Shown piece after piece: positions 48,268 through 57,569 of a DNA stretch of 64,000 nucleotides (positions within the stretch are counted from its first letter, which is position 1; each line of letters opens with the position of its first letter). The notes under the pieces are model-generated. The model made no database searches. It was not told where the DNA came from and saw nothing but the letters and a program-made list of their open reading frames with translations. A program made the translations under genes and the position numbers. The stretch is from the sequence record NC_023593.1; one strand, written 5' to 3'. Source of the DNA: Escherichia phage KBNP1711.

Positions 48268-48467
48268 TATCTGTCAACCGATTCAGGGACAAACTGCATT
48301 ACACAGACCTGATTACGAGGAAGGTTTATTTCACAAGCGGCTTTTCTATCAGCAACCTTAGATGACGAGTTAGGGCCAATTTGAGCCATCATTAATCCCA
48401 TAGCTAACATGCCGAGGATTACACCAATTGCTAAAGATGCTACAGTTTCTTGTTTCATCTTGATCAC
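48267..48467 (-). CDS. small membrane protein
   Basis: One hydrophobic segment 'LAIGVILGMLAMGLMMA'. Confidence 0.3.
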   Translation of the reverse strand: MIKMKQETVASLAIGVILGMLAMGLMMAQIGPNSSSKVADRKAACEINLPRNQVCVMQFVPESVDR

Positions 48468-48997
48468 ACCCCTTTAGATGCAACTACACCTTCAGAATTA
48501 TTATAACGACCCTTCACTGCATATGAATGTTCCCCTGCATGAGAGTGCTCAAACATAACCATCTGACCAACACGCATACCAGCACGAACTCGTAAGCTAT
48601 GATGCTTGGTTACGTTATGGAATTCAAATGTCAGCTTACTGCTATTAAACCCTGCGTCTGCCCACCCAGCGTGGAGATGGTTCAAGCCACAACGAGCCAT
48701 CGAAGACCGCAGGACAAACAAACTGGAGATGTTATCTGGAAGGTTAAACTCTTCCATCGAGTGAGCTAAGAAGAATTGTCCCGGAGTAATGATAATACCG
48801 TCTTCAGGGATTTTTACTTCTTTCCACTTGAGATTTTCTTTCGCATCAATGTCAACAATCCCATCAGCCTGTTCTTCAATAAGGATAGTATCACCAATAC
48901 GGATATCCACACTAGCAGCGTTAACATACTTATGCTCCGCATCCAGAAAACCGTTATCGATAACGTCGTGTAATTCCATGCTTCCTAATAAACTCAT
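48464..48997 (-). CDS. dcd: dCTP deaminase (dCTP deaminase/dUTPase superfamily)
   Basis: 'VDIRIGD', 'LRSSMARCGL', 'HAGWADAGF' match E. coli Dcd motifs (recalled). Confidence 0.65.
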   Translation of the reverse strand: MSLLGSMELHDVIDNGFLDAEHKYVNAASVDIRIGDTILIEEQADGIVDIDAKENLKWKEVKIPEDGIIITPGQFFLAHSMEEFNLPDNISSLFVLRSSMARCGLNHLHAGWADAGFNSSKLTFEFHNVTKHHSLRVRAGMRVGQMVMFEHSHAGEHSYAVKGRYNNSEGVVASKGV

Positions 48998-49011
48998 TCT
49001 TATTCCTTATG

Positions 49012-50292
49012 TTAATCTGTGATACTGTCGCTTTCGTCAACCCAGACTGGATTATTAATCTGTCCTAAACGACGAGCTGATGTTTCGTTAATAGAGTTAA
49101 CCCCTGCTGTGCGAGGGTTTGTGTACCACGGTCGGACTATGCTACCCGACTGAATTGCTTGGTTTGCTTCTACATGCCACCTGTTTGATACCGTGTTGGC
49201 TTCAAAGTTACCACCCGCTCCACCACTGATAGGCACAGCTTGAGCTGGTTGATTTACTCGGTTAGTTCCTGCCCCAAAGGCTGCTGCAAATTCAGACACA
49301 CGTGCACTAAATGAAGAACGAGCACGCTGAGGAGGTGATATATCATTTCGTGTATCTACTGCACGAGGCATAGCCCAAGTATCATCTGTTGAGATATCAG
49401 GGGTAGGCTCTTGCTCTAGAGGTTGAAGATTAGCTGTCCATTGACTATTCAGTATACGATAGAAATCTGCACCATAACCACTTCGGATAACATCCTCTCT
49501 GACACCAAAGAAGCGACTGATATCCCCACCGATTCGGGCTAGTTTGTCATTGTATGCAGGTATGATTATTCCACCCTCTGTCACTAAATCAGAGACACGA
49601 CTTGTTGTAAGTGGTGAAGTGATCCAACAATAATAATCAGTAATGTGACCATCGTATCCGAAGAATGCAATCTCTGCATCAGGCCATTTCTTGTGGACAT
49701 ATGCCACTTCACGGTTAGAACAAACAGGGATTGCACCTGTTTCAGTCATTGCATAGAAGCCGTCAGAAGAGAACCAAAGTGAATCTAGTGCTAAGAATCC
49801 ACGACACACGCTCGGGAAAGTAGCAGCCAGCGCCCCAAGTGAGGTAGGTTCATTGAACATTAACTGAATCTTTGCACTCTGATAATTAATCTCTAGGATA
49901 TCTACAAAATTCAAAGAAGACCCAGGGGCATATTGATTATTACTTCGTCCAATATCCTGCTCAATGAGAAGAGATCTTGTTTCAACACCATGAGCCTCTG
50001 CCCACTCTTTGAAATCTTCAAGGAACAAGCGAGCCTTAGCTCGCCACATCGACCGATCAGTTACAGACTGTCTCGGCAATCCACCCTCTGTAGTGATGAG
50101 AAAGATATCAATGTCGTGAGGTTCACGCGTCTGAAAGATTGCATCCCTAACAGCACCACCTGCAATGATAGGGTACACACCATCAGGGATTAAACGGTTT
50201 GCAATCAACTCGTTAATTAACGTAAGACCAGACACAAGCTGCGGACTATCATCAATCCGACGACGAATTAGTGCATTAGGGATATTATACAT
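49012..50292 (-). CDS. nucleotidyltransferase (CCA-adding/poly(A) polymerase head-domain type)
   Basis: 'IIAGGAVRDAIF...HDIDIFL' matches the 'GGxVRD...DxD' active site. Confidence 0.5.
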   Translation of the reverse strand: MYNIPNALIRRRIDDSPQLVSGLTLINELIANRLIPDGVYPIIAGGAVRDAIFQTREPHDIDIFLITTEGGLPRQSVTDRSMWRAKARLFLEDFKEWAEAHGVETRSLLIEQDIGRSNNQYAPGSSLNFVDILEINYQSAKIQLMFNEPTSLGALAATFPSVCRGFLALDSLWFSSDGFYAMTETGAIPVCSNREVAYVHKKWPDAEIAFFGYDGHITDYYCWITSPLTTSRVSDLVTEGGIIIPAYNDKLARIGGDISRFFGVREDVIRSGYGADFYRILNSQWTANLQPLEQEPTPDISTDDTWAMPRAVDTRNDISPPQRARSSFSARVSEFAAAFGAGTNRVNQPAQAVPISGGAGGNFEANTVSNRWHVEANQAIQSGSIVRPWYTNPRTAGVNSINETSARRLGQINNPVWVDESDSITD

Positions 50293-50841
50293 TTACATTT
50301 TCCAATATAAAGATGGGGGGTCATTTGGGTCAAAGTTTGCAATATGGCAAAGATATTTATAAACCTTAACCGTTAAGTTTACGTCCTGTTCACAATAAGT
50401 AAACATGTCCTCTGTAAAGGCATCCCATGCTTCTTCCTGTTCACCGTAATCACCCTTAAGCTCTTCTAAGAACTCACCCCATTGCTTTAAGCCATGACCT
50501 CTTGGGCCATGTCTAGGGTCGCCTTTCGGATACTCAGGACTGTCACCAATACGGTCAGGTTTAAGATACCGACTCAGACATAAAGTGTCTAGGACGTTGA
50601 ATTTGTAATCAATCAAATCAGGGTACATCTTCTTCAGAGCACATAAGTCGAAGTCAATAACGTTATGACCTACAACAACATCAGCCTCTGTAAGTTTCTT
50701 GATACCCTCTTCAATCTGGTGAGGGCGAAATCCCCACCGTTCACCAGTTGATATATCGAAGATAAAGATACACCATACGTTTGTGATATTGTCGTACAGT
50801 GCATCACTCTCAATATCAAATGCGTAGACTTTCTTTACCAC
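50293..50841 (-). CDS. DnaQ-like 3'-5' exonuclease
   Basis: Exo I 'YAFDIESD', Exo II-like '[11 protein letters not shown]'. Confidence 0.55.
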   Translation of the reverse strand: MVKKVYAFDIESDALYDNITNVWCIFIFDISTGERWGFRPHQIEEGIKKLTEADVVVGHNVIDFDLCALKKMYPDLIDYKFNVLDTLCLSRYLKPDRIGDSPEYPKGDPRHGPRGHGLKQWGEFLEELKGDYGEQEEAWDAFTEDMFTYCEQDVNLTVKVYKYLCHIANFDPNDPPSLYWKM

Positions 50842-52625
50842 GGGCTTTTCTCTCCATCTTGAGCAAGAAGTGATGCTGCATCCTCTCCATTTGTCAGCGA
50901 GAATGGGTTTTCTTCATCAATTTCATGATCTTCACGCTCAAGCAACCGTCCCGTCTCTCCTACATACTTCGTATAGCACACCCCTGTTTGTCCATAGTTA
51001 CGCTCTTTGAGGAGTCGTATAATGGAGAGGTTCTTAGCCAGACCATCTGCTTGTTTGTCACGTTCAAAACCGATGATACATTGACACCAACGCATAAGAG
51101 AACGAGAGCCAGTAAACTGTACCTCTCGAACCTGACCACCTTCTTCATGAGGTGCACCACCTGCCGGAGCATTGAGGTGAGATAGTACGAATGCTGTGAA
51201 GTTTAATTCTTGACACATACCAGCAAGCTCGGAAGCAATCTTACTGATTTCAGTGTTAATCTCTGAAGGTGTTAAATGAGACACCAGAGCGGTAATGTTA
51301 TCAAGGATGATAAACTTACACTGGTTTTCAACAACCCAGAAACGGATACACTGTTTAATGTCGGCCCATTCATTCTGACCAAAGTTATCATAGAGGAAGA
51401 ATTTATCTGCATATCGAAGAGCTTCGTTACGCAATGTATCTTCATCATACTCAACATCAGGTCTATGGAAAGGAATAGATGCTGACTTGCCTGCAATGTT
51501 CTTAACGGACATTCCGACCTTCTCTTCCAAGAAGAATCCGCCACCATTAAAACCATGCTCAAGGCAAAGCCAAGCAACCAGTTCATGTGCAATCAATGTT
51601 TTACCAGAGCCTACACCACCACCAATTGCTACCATTTCTCCCCAACGAATACCGTAGGTCATCTCATTAAGAGTTTTCCACGGGTATGGGATACCCCACT
51701 CTGCTTTCTTCAGAGCATCATCTAAGCAATCAAAAACAGTTACAGCACCAGCTGGAGATTCCCGCTTCGCTGAATATTTAAGAATGTTAAACAATTCCTG
51801 ACCACGACCAGAGAGGAGCATATCATTCGCATCTTTAAGCTCTTTCTCAACACCGTTGTACTGGAAAGAACCTTTAGGAATACGAGCAAACTTCACATGT
51901 GGGAACAGAGCACGCCCTTTGGTAAGAGCAATCTCACCAGCATCATCGTTGTCCATACAAAGGACAACCTCTTCAAAACCATTCAAGAACTCACGGTTGC
52001 GAGACAGAACGGAAGAAATCGACCCTGCACCGAACGGTAAAGAGACACACGCTGGTTTAATGTTTGTTGCATTTGTAAAAGCTGTAAGAACGTGGAAGCC
52101 AGACATGCAAGACAAGGGGTCTTCAAAGATGAAGAGCTTCTTATTATACACATCTCCACGTTTAGCCTGTGCCATACCAAACAAATCAGCTTCTTTCACA
52201 CTACCGATGTAATAAAACTTTTTACTATCAAGTAGTTTAACCTCGTAACCGACAATGTTTCCGTCACGTTCACGAGGAAAGAAGTAACTGTCCGGTGTCT
52301 GACCATCAGTTTGACTGAGACCAATACGACATTCAAAACGCTCTGATACAGCTTTAGGGATTAATCGACGAGTGAGTTCTCCTTGAGGTAACTCCAAGCA
52401 ATCATCCAAGACCTCTCGAAGTTCTTCAGGGGACAGCTCTTTCTTTTCATTTGGTGTAGGTGTCGTGCCTTTCTCAAAGACTTCGTAATTACCACACCGG
52501 TTACAACTACCCCACTCTTCACCGGATTCCTCATTACGGAAGAGAATCATGTGATTGTGGGTTTTATCACGACCATGAGAGATGCACTCCTTACAGCCTG
52601 TGTCTCCCAAAATGATCTTTGACAT
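50835..52625 (-). CDS. primase-helicase (T7 gp4-like)
   Basis: N-terminal Zn ribbon (CxxC...CxxC), TOPRIM 'MDNDDAG', Walker A 'GGGVGSGKT'. Confidence 0.75.
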   Translation of the reverse strand: MSKIILGDTGCKECISHGRDKTHNHMILFRNEESGEEWGSCNRCGNYEVFEKGTTPTPNEKKELSPEELREVLDDCLELPQGELTRRLIPKAVSERFECRIGLSQTDGQTPDSYFFPRERDGNIVGYEVKLLDSKKFYYIGSVKEADLFGMAQAKRGDVYNKKLFIFEDPLSCMSGFHVLTAFTNATNIKPACVSLPFGAGSISSVLSRNREFLNGFEEVVLCMDNDDAGEIALTKGRALFPHVKFARIPKGSFQYNGVEKELKDANDMLLSGRGQELFNILKYSAKRESPAGAVTVFDCLDDALKKAEWGIPYPWKTLNEMTYGIRWGEMVAIGGGVGSGKTLIAHELVAWLCLEHGFNGGGFFLEEKVGMSVKNIAGKSASIPFHRPDVEYDEDTLRNEALRYADKFFLYDNFGQNEWADIKQCIRFWVVENQCKFIILDNITALVSHLTPSEINTEISKIASELAGMCQELNFTAFVLSHLNAPAGGAPHEEGGQVREVQFTGSRSLMRWCQCIIGFERDKQADGLAKNLSIIRLLKERNYGQTGVCYTKYVGETGRLLEREDHEIDEENPFSLTNGEDAASLLAQDGEKSPW

Positions 52626-52662
52626 GCTCTATCCTCCTTGGATTCTCCTTGAGCAAACTACC

Positions 52663-52872
52663 TTACTTATAAAAACTTCGAATCATGTCCCAGATTTCTT
52701 CCTGCTGGACCCTAAAGAAAGCTAAACGTGTCGATGTACGTTCGATAAACTCTTCACTATGCTTTTCTCTATCTAGCATACTGACAAGCTTTTCGTATTT
52801 ATTGATCTTCCATCGCATTTTTAAATAGTCTGATTCTAGTGTCCTTAACCTCTGACACTCAATCAAATCCAT
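52663..52872 (-). CDS. hypothetical small protein
   Basis: ORF track. Confidence 0.3.
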   Translation of the reverse strand: MDLIECQRLRTLESDYLKMRWKINKYEKLVSMLDREKHSEEFIERTSTRLAFFRVQQEEIWDMIRSFYK

Positions 52873-53291
52873 CAGTTATCCTCTGACAGATAAAGAGACC
52901 AGTCACCAGATTCAACCAGTTCATCTTGCTCTTCATCAATGTGATAAATCCAAGCAGTGACAGTTTCACCACTATCCAGAACCACTTCGATAGGTGTACG
53001 CTTGTAGAAAGTGTGTGGGTTGTCATTACCACGATGCCCTTCCAGCATGTCATAAGCGCCCTCAACACCATCCATATCCGTCTTAAACACTTCAACACGA
53101 ACAGGTTTACCGTTACTGCTGTGTTCCAGAGAAACACTTGGGAAGTATGAACCACCGTAGCGGTACAGGTTGTAGTTTTCTTTAGTGAAACCTTCACCAA
53201 TCGATTCAGCACCTGCACGAGCATTCACTCGGAAGTTAGCCTGACCAGTACGAAGAGAACCATAAGTTGCTACATAAATTACTTCTGACAT
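52872..53291 (-). CDS. gamma-glutamylcyclotransferase-like (AIG2/YtfP family)
   Basis: N-terminal 'YVATYGSLRTGQAN', C-terminal 'VESGDW', cf. E. coli YtfP. Confidence 0.55.
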   Translation of the reverse strand: MSEVIYVATYGSLRTGQANFRVNARAGAESIGEGFTKENYNLYRYGGSYFPSVSLEHSSNGKPVRVEVFKTDMDGVEGAYDMLEGHRGNDNPHTFYKRTPIEVVLDSGETVTAWIYHIDEEQDELVESGDWSLYLSEDN

Positions 53292-53362
53292 TTTAAATAC
53301 CTTTGTTCATTGTTTAGTTAATCCGAACTAGCCTCCTCTTTCGAAGAAGCTAGAGCAGATTG

Positions 53363-53545
53363 CTATGCTGTGAAGTTTTTGATTACACCGCAAATAACAT
53401 CTGTTTCAAACGTACCCACCAGAACATCGTCTCGGTAGAAGTTAATCGCTCTACCGTCTCGGTTAAAGTGATCTGCTTCAATGAGCATTGACTGTACCTG
53501 ACCATCTGGAGTGGAGGTTCGAAAGATGACGTTATACTGACTCAT
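53363..53545 (-). CDS. hypothetical small protein
   Basis: ORF track. Confidence 0.3.
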   Translation of the reverse strand: MSQYNVIFRTSTPDGQVQSMLIEADHFNRDGRAINFYRDDVLVGTFETDVICGVIKNFTA

Positions 53546-53784
53546 AAAGAAGTTACTCCCTTATCTTCTTGGGCGATAGAGATGATACGACTCACACACT
53601 GCATTGAGTACTCATCTCCACGCTTTAGGAACGTTACGATAGCAGAGAATTGATTACCAATCATCCGCTCATTTGTGATACCGAACTCTTTGCAGAGTTC
53701 TTTCAGTTTGCTACGAGAACCAATAATCAGAGGCTCTTTTTCTTCAGTCATTCCGCGACTAATCAAATCTTCAATAGACAACAT
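53542..53784 (-). CDS. hypothetical small protein
   Basis: ORF track. Confidence 0.3.
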   Translation of the reverse strand: MLSIEDLISRGMTEEKEPLIIGSRSKLKELCKEFGITNERMIGNQFSAIVTFLKRGDEYSMQCVSRIISIAQEDKGVTSL

Positions 53785-53807
53785 AATTCCATTCCTTGGG
53801 GGTTTAA

Positions 53808-55025
53808 TTAAAAGTTTACTACTTCACCATTAACGGTAGTTACTGATGCAAGACGACGAACACGACCAATCTGTTCACGACTAATTGGAGTGTTCCAACC
53901 AGAGCGATAGAAGTTGCGACCGCAGAAGAATACAACAACATTAGAAGCAATCCGTCCGTAGTTACGATCAGGGTGGTTGATATTCGCTAGGTAATATCCA
54001 CGGGTCAGGTTTGCATTTTCATTAATGGGACGAGCATTTGGTGCAGTTGTTTCAGCTTGCATCACTTCTTGAACTTCTTCAACAACAGGCTCAACTGTAG
54101 GAGTATCACCAGCTAAAGCAAAGTTCTCATCAGCAGCCTCTTCTGCATCATCTTCCAGCTCCACAGTTTCCTGAATAACTGGCAGAGGGTATGCTACACG
54201 ATACTCAGGGTTTTGACCACGGAGAGACTCAACATACTGCAAGAAGTTGTGCTGGTAAGTTTCCAGAGTCGTACCAGTCAGGCCCGGAGCGGTGTTAACT
54301 TCTAACACCCATGCTTCCTCGCCTTTACTGATAATGTCAACAGCACCAAAGTTAAGACCGAGTGCTTGTACTGCTTTGTGCGCTTGAATCAGAACCTGAT
54401 CATTTGGTGAATCATTAAAAGCATTTGAATAAACCCAACCAGTGTGATGATTACGAACATCTTCACGATAGTCAGGGTTATCACGATACCCATTACGACG
54501 AATCTTCTTCTGTACGTAAGTAATAACACCTTCAAAGACATGAACACGCCATTCACGACGTGGGCCAGTGATTGCTTTCGTGTACAGAGGAGCCTCTGCA
54601 ATACCTTCACGAGTAAGACGAACAGTGATACCTTCACCAGAGTGACCGTTCAGTACACCACGTTCATAAACAATACTATTTCGGTTCCAGTTCTGTGCTT
54701 CTTCACGATTAGTGGTATATTCAACAGTCTTGACTTCCGCAAGACGCATAGTATTGAAAGCTGCAACCTTGTTCGCCGCACGATTCAACGCTGCTACGTT
54801 GTTCAGGACCGTTGCACCTTCGAAGAAGGATTCTTGATAACGACGGTTTCCGTAGTTGATGATCACATCACCAGAACGAGCACGGAATCGGCTGGTTCCA
54901 TCAGACAGAAGAGCCATTGCGTTAGCATTGATTCGGTTGTCACGGAGATGTTGATTCAAGCTGGACACCAGAGCATTAACAGAATCAGAAGGGCCATAAG
55001 GGAGAACACGGATACGAGTAGTCAT
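53808..55025 (-). CDS. ATP-grasp ligase (RimK-like)
   Basis: 'GAVDIISKGEEAWVLEVNTAPGL' matches the RimK C-terminal ATP-grasp motif. Confidence 0.6.
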   Translation of the reverse strand: MTTRIRVLPYGPSDSVNALVSSLNQHLRDNRINANAMALLSDGTSRFRARSGDVIINYGNRRYQESFFEGATVLNNVAALNRAANKVAAFNTMRLAEVKTVEYTTNREEAQNWNRNSIVYERGVLNGHSGEGITVRLTREGIAEAPLYTKAITGPRREWRVHVFEGVITYVQKKIRRNGYRDNPDYREDVRNHHTGWVYSNAFNDSPNDQVLIQAHKAVQALGLNFGAVDIISKGEEAWVLEVNTAPGLTGTTLETYQHNFLQYVESLRGQNPEYRVAYPLPVIQETVELEDDAEEAADENFALAGDTPTVEPVVEEVQEVMQAETTAPNARPINENANLTRGYYLANINHPDRNYGRIASNVVVFFCGRNFYRSGWNTPISREQIGRVRRLASVTTVNGEVVNF

Positions 55026-55027
55026 TT

Positions 55028-55261
55028 TTAGATACCTTTAAGTTTAAGAATTTCGTTGCGAGTACGTTGGATACGTTCTTCAAGAGTGTGATAATCAAAG
55101 ATGCAGATCTCTTCTGCTTCATCAGAAGGTGCATCCATTAAACCCATAGCAATCGGATACACTTTTCGCTGTTCCGTTGTCATGTTCTGTAGCCGGAGTC
55201 GTTGATACTCCAGCAGGGTAATTTTCGGCTTGTTAGTTTCCTTGCTTGACATGAGGCTCAA
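55028..55261 (-). CDS. hypothetical small protein
   Basis: ORF track. Confidence 0.3.
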   Translation of the reverse strand: MSLMSSKETNKPKITLLEYQRLRLQNMTTEQRKVYPIAMGLMDAPSDEAEEICIFDYHTLEERIQRTRNEILKLKGI

Positions 55262-55466
55262 CCTTGATACCTTTCAGTTTCACATAGTCAGCCAGCACGT
55301 TGTTAATAACTGTTGGGAAAGGAATCTCAACAGGTGCATTAACTAACCCACCAATACCCTCTTGCATCCACTTCTGGATTGCACGAAGGTTATCACATCC
55401 TGTGCTTGTCATTGGAATACGGCGAGTGGTTACAACGTTATCCAACATCATCTTACGAATTTCCAT
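55233..55466 (-). CDS. hypothetical small protein
   Basis: ORF track. Confidence 0.3.
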   Translation of the reverse strand: MEIRKMMLDNVVTTRRIPMTSTGCDNLRAIQKWMQEGIGGLVNAPVEIPFPTVINNVLADYVKLKGIKVEPHVKQGN

Positions 55467-55476
55467 AATACACCTC

Positions 55477-57495
55477 TTAATTATGACCTTTACAGTGCAC
55501 TGAATCGCACACCACTTGATTGGTATTGTTTAGTGTGCAGAGTTCTGCATCACGCCACGGAATCTTTTTAAAACAGACTGCACAAAACCCCAAAGTAGAC
55601 CAGAGGGCTTTTGTGAAGGTTGCTGAACGGTTTCCATCGGAAGAGGCAACTGTTCTGGTAATTGAGACTTTTGACTCACGAAAGGTTTCCGCTACTGGAG
55701 CGGATTCCTCCTTTGGGGTAGTCACTGCAATAGCATAAATACCACCCCAACGCTTCTCAATGTAAGCACCGAATACATCTTCCAGAGTGATTTCACTCTT
55801 ACGCTTGGTTGAGGATTCCATGACAACCATGTTGTCCAGAATCTTTTGATCGACACGAAGAGCTACTTCAGGACGTCGAGCACTTGTTGTATCAACACAC
55901 TTAGTCCAAACATAACCCTCTTTCAGGGTGACTTGAGTTGCTTGCTTCTTTGCTTTATTAGCACAGATTTTACAAACATCGTCACCACGAAGTTTACTGA
56001 ACTCTTCATCAAATTCAAAGTCAGACTTCACTTCACCGCACACCGAACAAACACCGATAGGAATCTCATCCTCTTCAACGTCTTCTACTTGCTTCTGGAT
56101 AGAATCAAAACAAGCTTTATGCCAATATGCTTGGTATGCGAAGATTGCACTTGGGGCTTCTTTCCAGTCGATGTGCTTATCACAGCCACCACAATCACCA
56201 TGGGAATGGGCTTCCCAGAACTTACGAGTGATAGTCACCCCATTCTTGCTGACAAAACTATCCTCTGCATCAAAAGGGATATCATCATCGAAATCAGCTG
56301 TAGTGCTTTCCGGCTCCTTTTTCGACAAGTCAAAGAAGTGACCAGAGATCAACACCAAACGAATCATGCTATTAACTTCAGAAATACAGCCAACCGTACC
56401 ACGGTAAACCATATGCTTATTCTTAAGAGCAGCTTCGTAATCAGTTTGCAGGATGTTATGAACATCACCCTCAATATACTCTTGAGCTTTGTCATCATAA
56501 ATATAACCAACCATCTTACCGCGATCGGTATCTTTATAACAAACAAACTCGTGAGGAATAATATCAACCTGCATATCACGACGGATATCAACACCTTTGT
56601 CAGATGCGATCTTGTTTTGTTTCAAGATTGCTTCACGACGACGTACATCACCTGCGGTTACGCCGGGCTTTCTTTGCTCGTCGCTGTTCCCGTTTACGTA
56701 ACTTTTTATCCCGCTTGAGTGATTGTTGCTGTAGCTGTTCGAGTAATAACTTCCCCAACGCGTTGCTACCGTAAAAACCGGGAGTTCATGTACGACCTCC
56801 TCTACCAAAGTCATCTTGTTGTCAGAAACATCAAAGATGTACTCTGTACCGACTTTACACTCAAAGTGCTCATCGATTCGATTCTTGTGGCTCTTAGAAC
56901 GCTGAAGAATCCACATCAACATAGCTTCTTCTGAAGCACCAAACCATGAAGTTCCCAGACGGGCCAGATGGAATGGACGCTCATCGTTGCGAATGATGTG
57001 AAGACGGTTATCACTTGCATCATGCCAGATCAGAGTGAATGCACCATCCAACTTCTGAATAGTCTCTGCTGCACCAATCTTGTTAATAGAGTGGCAGATG
57101 TTCTCACTATCAACCTCAAAAACCTTACTGTCAGGCAGAAGGTCTTGATCAACTAAGGTTCCGTTATGAACCAGAGTGATGTTTCCGTGAGAGAATGGGT
57201 GAGCGTTACGTGAGTTAATAGCACCTTTCGTAGCATGTCGGCTATGACCAACAATCCATGAAGGAGGCACTGTGTAATTAGTAAGGCCAGTTGTCAGCTC
57301 GGTGTACTCTTTCTGTAACATGAAAGCATAGGAAGGTAGTGCTTCTTTGTAAGAGAACACAGATCTTTCGCTTTTACGCTGACCGAAAATACCAGTTGAG
57401 TGTTGACCACGAAATACACCAGCATAAAGAAGCTGGTTGTAAACATCTAAGTCATAACTTGAGAGGCTTCCACCTGCTAATACGATACCACAAAT
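55477..57495 (-). CDS. class-II (Ntn) glutamine amidotransferase fused to a Cys-rich C-terminal domain; probable AUU start
   Basis: Frame open upstream of track start 57360 encodes 'CGIVLAGG...FRGQHSTGI'; AGGTGG 7 nt before ATT. Confidence 0.55.
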   Translation of the reverse strand: MCGIVLAGGSLSSYDLDVYNQLLYAGVFRGQHSTGIFGQRKSERSVFSYKEALPSYAFMLQKEYTELTTGLTNYTVPPSWIVGHSRHATKGAINSRNAHPFSHGNITLVHNGTLVDQDLLPDSKVFEVDSENICHSINKIGAAETIQKLDGAFTLIWHDASDNRLHIIRNDERPFHLARLGTSWFGASEEAMLMWILQRSKSHKNRIDEHFECKVGTEYIFDVSDNKMTLVEEVVHELPVFTVATRWGSYYSNSYSNNHSSGIKSYVNGNSDEQRKPGVTAGDVRRREAILKQNKIASDKGVDIRRDMQVDIIPHEFVCYKDTDRGKMVGYIYDDKAQEYIEGDVHNILQTDYEAALKNKHMVYRGTVGCISEVNSMIRLVLISGHFFDLSKKEPESTTADFDDDIPFDAEDSFVSKNGVTITRKFWEAHSHGDCGGCDKHIDWKEAPSAIFAYQAYWHKACFDSIQKQVEDVEEDEIPIGVCSVCGEVKSDFEFDEEFSKLRGDDVCKICANKAKKQATQVTLKEGYVWTKCVDTTSARRPEVALRVDQKILDNMVVMESSTKRKSEITLEDVFGAYIEKRWGGIYAIAVTTPKEESAPVAETFRESKVSITRTVASSDGNRSATFTKALWSTLGFCAVCFKKIPWRDAELCTLNNTNQVVCDSVHCKGHN

Positions 57496-57569
57496 TTTCT
57501 AATCCACCTGAAGGGTAAACCCTTTCATCTAATTAACCTTTAATTGTGCCCCTTTCGAGGCACCCATTG

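Noticed and set aside
55846-56718. 290-aa + strand ORF, and other long ORFs antisense to annotated genes (for example 54444..55031, 58182..58751, 13753..14178, 3229..3597, 27063..27293)
   Set aside because: They lie wholly inside stronger genes on the opposite strand, have low-complexity or hydrophobic-biased translations, and lack ribosome-binding sites; judged to be shadow ORFs.
55477-57495. Possible QueC-type (7-deazaguanine) or asparagine-synthetase-type amidotransferase fusion
   Set aside because: No PP-loop 'SGGxDS' motif in the C-terminal region; the second domain is Cys-rich instead.
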